A DNA stretch of 64,000 bases from Amoebophrya sp. A120 (Eukaryota > Protista > Dinoflagellata): NCBI GenBank assembly GCA_905178155.1, contig CAJINV010000001.1:9817865-9881864 (forward strand), written 5' to 3'. A program made the translations under genes and the position numbers. Of this stretch, positions 11,988 to 24,600 are shown piece by piece (position 1 is the stretch's first letter; every line of letters begins with the position of its first letter). Below the pieces are notes generated by a model that saw nothing but the letters and a program-made list of their open reading frames with translations, ran no database searches and was not told where the DNA came from.

Positions 11988-14900
11988 TTACTTGCAGTTG
12001 CTGTGCTGGCTCCGGTTCCAGCGAATGATCTTAAACGCGTTCCCCTTTTCCGAATTTGCATTTCCATTTTCCTCTTTTTTCACGAACAAGCTCATGCTCG
12101 GAAACACCCGACTGGAGACCGCGCAGCTGAAATCTGCGGGTAGCCCGGTGAGCATGTACTCCTGCGGATGCCACCCGAACACGCCTTCTTTCTCCCCCAT
12201 CACCCACGAGAAGGCTTTTGTCCTTCGGATGGAAACAAACTTGTTTTCCAACGCGGTGAAGTAATTTTTCTGGATCGGGAAGAGCAATTCGATCGACTCC
12301 TTTTCCTCGACATTGGCTTCCGCATTTTCGTCTTCCACGTCGAACCGGCCCGCATTCTCTTCGTCGAAGATAAATTTCCCGGACCCGTTCTTCCGATCGA
12401 TCACGTAGGTGAACGGAAAGCCGTACAGGGTGCCATCGGAAGCGCCGACAATGATGAAGTCGCCAATGGCCTTCTTGTCCTTACTTGGCGGTATGGTGCG
12501 GCGTAGACAAATACAACTCCGGAGGTTCCGCATCTCAATGTCCAGGTACTTGCCTGTGGTAGGTAGAGTTTCAAAGTGCGTGATAATCGCAACAGATTGT
12601 TCGCAGACGCAAATAAACATCTCAAAGACAAAGTGGCAAAAAGAAACAGAAACAAACTCAAACAAAGATCAATCAATACAGCCGAGCATGTATTCCAGCT
12701 CAAGGCGCAGCTTCCCCTTCTGCTCAGACACGGTATAGCAGTTTAGCAAGGCGCAACCACCGAGAACCACCATTTTACCGGAGCTGTTGATCAACATTTA
12801 CGTTTTGCTCATTATGACAACAAGCTTCTTGAATTTGGAATGTCGTACTCCGCGCATGGATTTCAGTACTTCCTCATGTTAAAATCGATGAAATACTAGG
12901 TACTTACCACGATGGCGTCAGGAAAGAGAAAATCTCGCTTGTCGCTTTCTCCGGCGCGTTGCTTCGTCTCCGGTCCTTCTCTTTCGCGACAGTTATACTT
13001 CGCAACTTGGCCATGGAGGAGTCCACCAAGTGCGTGTCGTGGACTTTCTGTGGGCGATTTGGACCGCAGGTTTCCAGGAGTTGCAAGAAGAACACCGGTG
13101 AGCCGTCCTCCTCAGCGACCTGTTCGTTGTTTTTTTGTATTTCAAGAAGGAAGTGTGATTTAGTCATTTTCTCGTCCTCGATGCAGATGCACATGGTAAA
13201 AAAAAAGCTCGAAATTTTTCAAACTCACTACCGTTGTCTCCACGAGCGCAACCACGACGTTCCTCTTCGTGATGTCGTAGGGGAGGTAGGCCAAATGCCT
13301 GATCAGCGCCACCTCCTGCAGGAACAGCGGATCTTCGCTTTCCTCCCTCCGACCCCGACCCTTTGTGGACGAGCTGCTCCCGCCCTGTTGCTCCCGCCGC
13401 TGCTCCTTTGCCTTTTCCCGCATCAGCTGCCTCGGCGCCTGGCAGTGCGACATGCCATGGAACACGGATGACACGCTGTACAAAAGCGTGTCCTCGTCCC
13501 GAATTCCGTGCCAATCGATGAACCAAATCCGGCCCTCCACGTCCGCGATGGCAAAGCGGAAAGCGAATTTCGGGTGCTGCGTGACCGCGCAGATATCCGG
13601 AAAGGGTTGCTCGGATTTCTCCCCGGGGGACGCGGGTTGTGGGTGGTAAATCTTTCCCGTTAAGATGTTCACCTGGTAGATCGGCCCCACGGTCCTTTCC
13701 CCATGCACGCAGCAGAAGAGCGACTTCCCATTTGTGAAGATTAAGTTCTCCTTCCCGCCAACCAGCGCTTTGCAGACGAAGGATTTTGGTTTGCTGAAGT
13801 GCAAACCCAGATCGCCGTCTTCCGAGAGCTGTCTCTGCTGTTTTCTCCTCTGCTCCTCGAGGAACCTTCTTCTGATAATCCCGCGAGAGTAGTCCAACCA
13901 CCGGTAGAGCCTGACGGCGATAAAGCAGGCGGACCGGAGACTCTGAACCAACTTGTCACGCCGAATTTGTCGGATGAACTTTGGCATCCAGAGCTGTGCA
14001 GTGTAGTGGGTTGTCACGATGAAAAATTGGGACGGTTGAGGAATGCAACGAAGAACTGAAATTCGTTCAGAGTCATTCACACATACATTTACATGATGGA
14101 TTTTGCGATGTCGACACGATAAAGAGCACAAAAAGCGTCAATACGCAGAGCAGGACGGTGTGTTTGACTCGCTTGATCTTCTTCCTCACAATTTCCCGTC
14201 TCAATCGGCTCAGCACTTCCTGGCTGGCCCCGCTCCCCGACTCCTTCAGACTTTCGAGCGTTCGCAGCTGCCCGGATTTCAGGAACAGCTTGCTCACCCC
14301 GAGTTCCCACTCCCGCGGGTCGATTTCGAACGCCTTCATGATCGACTCCACGAAGGTTCGGCGGTCGTACTGCTGAAAGTCCGCTGGGAGCAACGTCAAG
14401 AACCGGCTGCGCAGCTCGTCAAAGGTCACGCGGTGCGGGAAGCCGTCGTGCATCAAATGGACTAATTCCACCGTCCCTGACTGCTGCACCTGCTCCACGA
14501 CGTACTTCTTCTCGAAGGCCTCCTTTTTCTGCTTGCCGTTGGGGTTAAAGCACCGGATGTAGTGCAGCGTGTTGGCTTCCAGGGTTTTCTTGCACAGCGA
14601 CTCCAGGTTCTCCACGTAGTTTTTTCCCACGGAGACAAACCGGTCGGACTTGTCGGCGAGGTCCTTGACCGCGAGCTCTTGGACGATGGGAACCTGTGAA
14701 ACGCGAATGGGAAACGGAATGTAAAATGCAAATTTTACTGTTTTTTTCACGTGGTGGTGGACAATTGAGCTGTTTCACCATGGGACAGAGAAGTATAAAC
14801 AAATCACTGACTTATACCTTGCTGTCCTTGATCAAAGTTTCGAGTTCATTCGACAGTCTGTCGTTGTTTTTGTCGAACCAGTTTTTTGTCGTGTAGAAGA

Positions 14901-17275
14901 CCTCCCCGGCGTAATGCTTGACAACAAATCCGTCGAGGAGCCGGCCAAGCGTGCCTTTTCTCTGGCCGTGGAGTTTCGGAGCGCGGACCTTTCCGTCGCC
15001 CTGTTGTCCCTTAACGTACTTATCGTGCACGGAACTGGTGAATTTGTCGTCGTTCGTGTCCAGGTTCTTGATCTTTTTGAAACTGTGGTCGTCCAGAATC
15101 GTGAAAATACCCTTGATGGCGTTCACCACCGGCCAGCTGTTCGGGAGAGTCAGCTCGGTCCACGCGAGACCCTCCTTGGAGTAGACGTTTTGCTCTGCGA
15201 GCAGAACCTGACAAAGTATTGCGATCGTTGTGTTTGAAGCAATGCTCTCCATAGAGGCCACTCGCCGTCAACGTCATCAACATGAACATCCTGATGCATT
15301 CAGCGTACAGCCAAGCTACCTGACAAAAAATCGAACAAAAAACTCAACTACGTTTTCTATGAAGAACTGCTGCAGGCGCTCGTTGGCCAAATTTATGCAA
15401 AGCTGTTCGAACGAGTTCACGGTCAGCCTCTCGAACCCGTAGATGTCCAAAATGCCGATGTGATTCACGTTTTGGCTGCTGGCGCAGGAGAGGGCGTTGA
15501 TCTTGGAGATGATGTGCTCGAATAGTCGCTTGTATAGCGTTTTGGTCAAGGCTTGCAGGGTGATTCCGGCCTGCTCAAGCGTTCGGGGGACGCGGTAAAA
15601 GGAGTCGCGGTTTTTCACGATCACCGTTCGCCACTGCAGCACGGAGAGCAGGGAAACCTCGTCGAAACCTGATAGATAGGATCACCTAGAAGCATGCAAA
15701 GTTTGTCTTCAGTATTGATTGTTGCGAGCCTAGCCACTCAGCAGGGAAGTTTTCCACAGCAAAAATTTCGAAGAAACGCAATCCGCTATAGTACCGAGCA
15801 ACTCTGCAGCGATGACTTCGTCGAAGTTCTCGAGCTCAATCTCGGGCGTGTCTCCTTCCACCTCGTCGCCATCTTCGGCGCCCGCGGTTGACTGCTCTGC
15901 GTCGGCCTTTACTTGAAAACGGAACTCGCCGAGATGGATTAACGCAGCGATCACGCGGAAAATCTGCTCGGTTTCCTCCTCTGAGACGCCAACTGTAAAA
16001 AAGCATGAGAAAAATTTCCAACGTTGCAACTGCGAAGATAGCAGCCCAACTAGAACTGCGTCCCCTGTAGCACAACCATCGTACTGCCACGTTGACTCAC
16101 ATACCAAAAAAAAATTCTGTACCAGCTCGAAAAGCGTCTTGTATTTGCTCGAATTTCCTCTTGTCATTCTCGGGACTGTTTTTTGTCGTATCTCCAGCGT
16201 TCAGCATTTTGTAATTGCCGTCCGCACGGAGATCGTAGACACCCAAGTCCGGCGCGCCGTGTAGGAGCTCGTAGAAAATATGGTAGTTCCTCTCTTCCGG
16301 GTTCTGGACGCACACCTGACAAGTCATTTCATTTCTGATGCAACGAAGTGCACGCGTATTCTTTTAGACACAGCTTGTCTACTTGCAGGCGATGTCAGTC
16401 ACTAGGTAGAAGTGACGAAAAACGCAAATTCCTAAACAAAATGTTACCCGACTGCTCTCGAGTAGATACGTAGATATCCCGGATCCGACCAGGGATCCGA
16501 TCGGATTGAAGAACATTTTGTTGTATTTTCCAAACCGCGAACTGTTCACGTTTCGCAGCGTCTGACTGTTCCCAAAGGACTCTAAGATCGGGTTCGCGTT
16601 TATCACTTTTTCCTGAATGTTGCTCGCCGAGCCGGAATCCGTCCTGGACACCACCGTGGCGAGGTAGTGCATGACGATTTTGGCCGTTTCCGTTTTCCCC
16701 GCCCCCGATTCACCCGAGATGATCAGCGACTGGGAATTTTTCTCGCAAATCAGGTTTCGGTACGAAATGTCCGCGACGGCGTAGGGGTGCGGGGGCAGCA
16801 TACCGATATTCTTGCCCCGGTACGCTTGCTTCAGCTCGTCGGTGAACAGATTCAGCTTCTTGTAGGGGTTGACGGCCAGCAACACGTTGCACGTGTAGGT
16901 GTAGATTTGGTCCTGATAAATTCATTGTCAGGCAGAGAAAATCGAATTCCATTTGTGGCGGATAAGGTCTAACTCTTCATACTGATCACAGAGTCTTTTT
17001 TTCTTGCTCGATAATTTTTCAGGAGAAAAACACAGACAGGAACAACTCACCTCGCCATATCGCCTGCTCAGGTTATCGAGGATGTTGGCGTCGTCCAGGT
17101 GTGTTAGCGCTGTGTTGTCGTCGCACGTCACTTCCTCTGCGAAATACGGCCGAATTTTGTCCACCGGTATCTTCTCCCCCGTGGTAGTGATAAAATCTTT
17201 TCCGCGCTCTTGCCCGGTGGCAAGCCGGTACCCGGATTCCGCGCACGGAACCCAAGCCTCAAATTGCGCCGACAT
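11988..17275 (-). CDS. Unconventional myosin heavy chain with a putative beta-propeller (WD40-like) tail, about 11 exons
   Basis: Motifs LLAVNPY, P-loop GESGAGKT, NPILESFGN, switch I NSSRFGK, ERNYHIFY, switch II DIYGFE, FEQLCINLANE, HYAGEV and HYIRCFNPN. Canonical introns include 16913-17050, 16316-16447, 15993-16122, 15669-15794 and 14694-14817. The 3' end is approximate. Confidence 0.95.
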
Positions 17276-18684
17276 GGCGTTCTAGTTTCTGGAGCCGGAT
17301 AGTACCGATCCGATCACCAGCTGACAGGCGCAGAACAGCGGCGTATAGATACTGCGCTGTTACAAAACACAGTGATCGGCCACCTCGGTCACCGGTTGAT
17401 GTAGCGGCCTTTTCCCAACCGCGAGCTTGCGTATCTCCTTCATTTTTCGTGCAGGATTATGGAGGTATTAGCAGACCAGAACCAGAAGTCTTTGAAAATC
17501 TTTTCAACGTATTACTTTAAGAAAACACCAAGAAAGGGAAAAGTAAATTCCGAAATCATACAGCGAAAGGAAACTACGGTTGGTACGTACTTACTTTAGT
17601 TTCAAGAAAGATAGCAGCACCTTTAGGGTGAGCCTCTTCTACTTGAAGAAAAAAAACAAGGTGCAATACCAGTAAGTCCTTCAAACGAGGAGAGGTCTAA
17701 AAAATTTTCGGAATTAGGGCCGTTGAAACGTGCACAACATGAGAACGAAAACATTAGACGGATCAACGTGATCGAAGCCAAACGATCATCCACAAATCAA
17801 CGACAGCTCTTTGCTCTCTCCAGCAACATGCGTGCAACAATTTCGCTCACAAAGCAACGGCCCTAGTGCGAGACACAGCAACGAACGAGGATCTTTTGTT
17901 GAAACACCTCGATGGTGCTTCCGACAGGCACCAGCGATGGCAAGGTCGACGATGAGCCTACAGCTCCCTACCGTCTCAAAGAGTAGAGGGACAAATATTT
18001 CCGTCGTGCTGTAAATAGGTATAAACGATATAATTCCCGAAAATCTGAGTCAACTGTCGTGACCTCATTCTGGATGCTTAAGCCTGGACTTCATACTCGT
18101 ACGGCGCTCGTTTTTGTAAACCCTAAAAGTGTCATCTCTTCTTGTGGCTTGTTACCTCTTATATCCTATTGCTCAACTACCTGGATGCAAATGAATCTGC
18201 ATACAGTGCTTGGGACAGAGCGAAACGTTTTAAAAAAAATCAAGAACTAAGTATTCATCAAACTTTTCTTTGTGTGTGTGCTCTTCGTCCCAAAACCGTC
18301 CCATTCGGTTTTGCGGCGACTACTTGTTCCCAAGAAGGTATGCTGTAATCTTAATCTTTGATCGTGACGACGTAAGCGTTTGTTTGTTCCTTAAAACCTA
18401 GTGAGTACTCACCTTTTCTCCGCAGCTATTGCTATACTTGAAAACAACAGCTTGCAGATGCTGAAAAGTCCGTGAAATGGCGCTGAAATAAATGGCTTTT
18501 GATGCGAGGTAAATGTTCTAAAAACACTTGCTCGATTTTCATCGTGAAAAAAAGTTCATTTCTGCTTCTGCATCGAGGTTCACAGGGGAAAATGGATCTC
18601 GCAGACAGAAGCAGTGTTAAATAAATACTGGTCGCTTTTGTTTTCTTTTTCTCACGAAAATTTGTTTCAATCATTGCAAATTCC

Positions 18685-21600
18685 TTAGATGAGTTCCAAA
18701 TAGCAGTTTTTCCACGTAGGATCGAACACGGTCATCCAACCCCGCTTCGAATCCGAGGCACAGCAGATGGGTGCTCGGACCATGTTGGTGCCGTCCACCA
18801 AATTTGGCAGCCCCGTGATGGCGACCTTTTCGCCAGCCTTGATTCGTCGCAACACCGTGAATTTCTTGTCCTCGGCCTGCGCGATCTCAGACTGCGCGGT
18901 AAGCACGGTGTCCTTCACCACCGTGACGGGCGAAGTAATTCCCGGAATCGCGAAGGGTTTCACATTGCTGCAGTTGTTTGACCTATCGTAGATCGTGACC
19001 CAGCCGTCAGTCGCTTCGTCGGAAGTGGACGCCTCGTCGTCCTCTTCCAGGGGTGCGGCTAACCGAGAGACCACTTTAGCCTTTCTTCTCGAGTTCATAG
19101 TTTCGTTGTCAATAATGCTGTCGCCGGACATCTGGACCTGGGATCGATGTTGGGTTCTTTTCATATGACATGTTTCCGTCATGGTCACCAGCACGGAGCG
19201 ACACAATTTTTTCGGAACTAGTACATACGGTTTGTTTGCAAAAAATGTGGTTCTCAGATTACCTGGCATTGGTCTTTGGTGGGTTTCCTGTCGAGACAAG
19301 GTGGCCCCACCACTCTCACATCTCCGCAGAGATCAAGAAACCAAAAAAAATGTTTTCTTCATACGAACCACGCTATTATCATCAAAATACGCAGAGACTT
19401 ACTTTTTTGCATCAGAACCCACAGAGACAGAAAAAAGAGTTTCTACTATTGTCAATGCCGCCAGCTTTCGCACGATAGCACCGCCGGTGATTGTCTGCGC
19501 ACTGGTCATGGTTACTGGGGTTGTCAGAACGTAGTAGCAGCCACAGAAGAGTTCAAACTGCTCTAACGTCATCGGCTCCAGGTCAAAACTGGTGGCCCAC
19601 TTGCCCTTCAGGGTGCTTGGCTCCAGCAGGACTGGCTTGCCGTCCATGGGGGAATCCTGCGTTTTTGTGAGCTCCTCGAACAGTTTCTTCGCGGTCTGTT
19701 TCTGGGAAACCAGGTACTCCGCGATGGTGCTCTGGTACTTTTCAAAAAGCGTGGACAGCGCCGCCTTCTTGGTTCGGTCCAGTCGCTCTTCGGCAGAAAC
19801 TTCGTCAAAGACGGTCAGGCTGGGGAGCTCGGAGGCGACAGCCTGGTACGTATGATGTGTTTGCAAGATAATTCCCTGACATTCAATGGTGGAAGTTGTG
19901 AATCCAACTCCTAACAATCGGCGCCAAGGACCGGATTTGCAAGAAAAAAGCGAAAAAATCACACTTTCGAGTTGTACTCGAAAAATCCATAACATATATA
20001 CGTTCAATTTGGGCTTCAAAGGAGGGTGTGTAGTCCCCTTCTCGAGGACGAAGTCCTGGCACGCCTTTATTCTCTTGTTGGTTTCGTCTAATGAGTGTTG
20101 GATGTCTCCGATGATGGCGTCCATATCTTTCACATCTGCCGGATCCTCTGACACCTGCTGCTCCGCCGGTTCTTCGGCCTTGTCCAGATTCTGGCCGAGT
20201 TGTTTTGAGAAGACTTTTGCCTGGTCAATCAGGGTGTTCAGCTCGGACATAATGCCGGCCTCTTCCTCGCGGGCTCGCTGCAACTGCTCCTCGTAGATCT
20301 ATAGTAGATTTGTTGGCGAGTGAAATTTTCTTCGCGCCGGTGGCGGTCTTTACTTCAGCACCGCATTAAAGCAACACACTCACAAAATCTTTATCTTCCT
20401 AATCTCACCGCGGCCGCCGTTATAGTACATGAACAAACAAGCGGAAAAAACTACGACCAGAACAGATACTGAACAAAGGACAGCCAATATTCGCGAACTT
20501 CTTCAACTTCGACCAAGTAGTAGAGTGGATTTTTCACCTTCTTGTCAGCGCAGACATTGACCGAGAGACTACAACTGATGTGACTATTCAAATTTGTCTG
20601 ATCCATTCCACGGTCCTCTGATCTACTTTGCACGACCTGCACGACGCAACACTCTGAAAGCTTTTCTGAATCGGGTGATCTCCTCCACTTCACAGCGAAC
20701 CCCACTTTCTGTCTGCCTGATCAAGAATGGTATCACTGCCCACGGTAAAAAGGAACGACCCTCATGGAACATTTCACACAAGTTGCCTTCTCAATTGCGA
20801 AAACCGTGCTTCCTAGGGTCGTCGGCACCGGCTCTCGGAAGCTGAGATGTTGTTGTCCTTTCGTTTTTACTGTGGTAGGATATATTCTCAAACAAACATC
20901 AAAGTGGTGTACAAGTGGATTCGATTGCTCCCGTAATCAAAAAGTTTCCAGAGTGCTGTCCCTTGCACCTGCTCAATTTTTCCATCCACTTATCGCTCCT
21001 TCCCCCTCAAATGGCACTTCGAATTCGGGGGAAGACGATTTATTTTCCGGTGTATACAGCGTAGATTTTCAAATAAACTTCTTGAGTGATCTGTCACATT
21101 TATCAGTCATCTCTTGTCGTGGTCATCTGCACTGACTAGACTACTACAACAAACATCTTTTTCTCTTCACTCCGATGGTTGGAGAAAAAAGTGAAGTAAA
21201 ATTCAAAGTATAGTTCGACTTCTGCGAGTCTCTTGACATTGACTTATGGTTAACCAAAGGAAAAAAAAAGGTAAAAAAAGCGGGGAAAAACGAAACGACG
21301 GGGGCCGCGGGGTCTTTTAAGGCGTGGTAGACCGACTTCTTCTTGTTCGAGACCTTCACTTCTTCAACTTTCATCATCGCATGCATTCTTGTCGAAGATC
21401 ACACGACGCGCTGTGGTCCTGATCGGCACAGATGAAGAGGTGCATTGATCTGTCTTATCCGACAGAAGATCTCTTTGAAGAAGATGATCTGAATAAGCAA
21501 CTTTAGGCTGCTACCTTCTTTTCCTTTTCTTTGAGCTGCTTTTCCAACGCCTCCTGTGCGTTGTCGAGCATATCCTTCGCCTTGAGTCGCACGTTGTTCA

Positions 21601-24600
21601 GGTCGTTCTGCATTCTGTTGAACTCCTCCTGGTGTTCCCGGAACACGCTTGGGTCGCCCAGCACCAGAAACCGGATCTCGCGCTTCTGCAGGTAGCTCTT
21701 ATGGATTGCAAATATGTCTGGGTCTGGAAGGATGCGAACTTGTGATGCGTGTTCCGAATCATACAAGAATCTGTGTTGCGTGACTTGCAATAAAAGTTGC
21801 CCCTTTCTTGCCATGCTGAGAGGGAATTTCTCATGCAGAACAGGCATTACCAAGGGGCATCAGAACCTGTGATGCTAGGGCCTGCATTCCAGAGCTGGCG
21901 GAGCCTGGAAAAACTGCATGACAAATCGTGCTCGGAATCTTCCAGACCCAGACATATTTGCATTTGATAGCTCTTCACGTTGTTCAACGTTTTCTGGCAC
22001 TCCAGGCCCAACTCCAAAGTCTCGTTCGCCAACGCAATGGTTTCCTCGTCACCCAGGCCCTCTGGCGGGAGCTCCGGCACGTCACACGACTCGAGGATCT
22101 CCTTCACGTGGCTGGTGGCGACCTTCTGGAGGTATTCCTTCGTGATGGAGGAAAGCACCACCTTTTTCTTCTGGTCGTAGCTGCACCGGACGTTATCCAA
22201 ATCGACCGTGGCCAACGTTTCGTCCGACTCCCAGGCGACCTTCATCTTCGTGGTGCTCTCCGTGACACCATCCTCCATACCGAGGTCCTGGACCAAGAAC
22301 GCACTTCGCCAGTCCTTGTCGTCGAGCACGAGCACCGCCTCGTACATGGAGACGCGAACCGCACCAAGTACTGGCACGGTCCGGGCGACCTCCTCCTCGG
22401 ACGGTGCCTTTGGAACTTCGGCAGGCTTCAAAAACGTGTTGGCTGCGTTGGAAACGGTCACGAAACCGGCCTTGCCGTCGGAGAGCGCTTGCACGTATAC
22501 TCGGACCTAAGAAGTTGATTTTTGTGAGAAGTGAATCTATCGATCATATGGAAACTCTGCCTCTGTCACGTACGCCAACAGAAGTTTTGGTTTAACAAAC
22601 GCAAACCATCATGCATAGCCGCGATGCAGTCCCTAGTAACCAAGTAAGCTAAGTACCATTGGTCTGCAGTTGACCGGGCTCAAATCCAGCATTCGGAAAA
22701 ATTCGTCCTTTCTTGCCCGTCGCACGGTCTTAATGGCCTTGAGTTCGGCACCGGTGGTGATAACCGTTTCGGAAACGCACTGGAGGGTGGTCACTTCCTG
22801 CAGCTGGCACCGCCCGTTTGTGAAGTACGTCACATGACCAATCTGCTCGGCCCCATTGGCATCAACTAACTTCACCTGTGTTGTTTGTGCGAGTGCCGAA
22901 CAATCGTTTTCTAAAAATTTTTCGGGATGACAAACTCTGGCACCATAGTACTTCTTCTATCTAAACGGCAAAAACAACATCCATTTCACATACGGAGAAC
23001 AACTTTTATGCTAAGTAGAGATCAATGCCGGACACAAAACTTTTCTTCTTCAGCAGATAATATCTTCCTCCAAGGTATTGATTTGTACCGCCATGCGGAC
23101 GCGGGACTTATCGCCGGGGGTGGCGTACTCCAGGGGTCCGTACATCTCCACGATGGTGCGATCCTCCAACGTGGGCCACTTCTGGGGGTCGTCGAGGTCA
23201 CTCGCCTCGGCAGTCAGACACAGGTCGGACAACAAACCCGAGGGTTCGTTGGACGACGCGGCGCCTGCCGAGGAGGACGGATGGCGGTACATAAAAAACT
23301 TTCGGTACGCGGTGGTGAACATCAGTTCGGAAATCTGGCCGCTGCGATTCGCCGAACCGACCGGACCCAGGGGGAGGTCCATCTCCTCGAAGGCCTCCTT
23401 CAAGTGAGATTGCATAATGGACACCTTCGCCGTGCCCGCGTTCGGGTCGGTGGCCGGGGGGAGCTCCACGCCCAGGTGCTTATCCAGATTGTTCTCCCCG
23501 AAGTAATCCGCGCGACGCTTCGTCCACTCGAGGAGCTTGTACCAGGAGACCTGATAATTTGATTTGTGCCATTTTGTTTGGCGTGATTCTTGCTAGGTCG
23601 TGGAGGACCAGATATATAACCATCGAGATCGAAAAAAACCAAATGCCAAGCTGAGTACACTGCAAAAGCAAGATGACGTTCTTACATTGACAAGAAGTAT
23701 CTTACCGTATTTGGCTTCTCCTCTTTGCCTCCGCCCTTAATGTTGACGACTTCTTTCCACAGCTCGTCCCCGGATTTTCCCTCCGCCTCCATGTATTTCA
23801 TCAGAATACCGGCAACACACAAGTTCCCCGGGATCTCCGCGGCGGCTTCGGGGCGCGCCAGGGCGGTTCCCATTTCTTTCTTCAAGATCCCTTCCAATTC
23901 TTCGATGCGCTGCCCCCAGCGATCGATCTCCGCGGACGTCTGCTGAATGGTGTCGCGCTTCTGCTTGAAGTCCTCGAAGGTGCGCTGCGCGCGCTCCAAG
24001 TGCGACTTCAGGGTGTCGAATTCCTCCTTAATGCGCTCCTTCTCCGCGCCCTTCTGGCGGAGTTCCTCGGTGCGCTGCAACACGTCCACGCACAGAGTCA
24101 CCTCAGAACCCAAATCCTGGATCAACTGCTTGTTCCACTTGGCACGACGCTCCTGGCGACGCTTCTGCGCCTCCTTCTGCTCTTGCTTTTTCCTGTATTA
24201 GGTGGTTCGGAAAAGGTTTCATTTCTCTTATGAAGTACAAGTTAGTACCCATGGAGAAGTACTCATGCGTAAGTAAGTCAATCAGGAACATGAACTACTT
24301 GCTCAAAAAAAGCTCAATATCTTTACCGCAAAGCCTCGGCCTGACGCGCCCGGTTTCCAATGTGAACCGCGAGGTTGCGGATCTTTTGCACTTCCGCCAG
24401 CAAGGTTGGGAACTTCGCCAAGCACTCCTCAATGCGTTTCTTCTTGTCCGCGAGGTTCAAAGGATCGGCCTGCTTTTCGTCGGAAACGCCCATGACGGCG
24501 TTGGACTGACGGAAGAAGTTGATCGCGGTCATCACCTCGGTCCGGCGACGGTGCATGGAATCCCGCCCCTCGGTGATTTTCTCCTCCGCCTTGACGGCCG

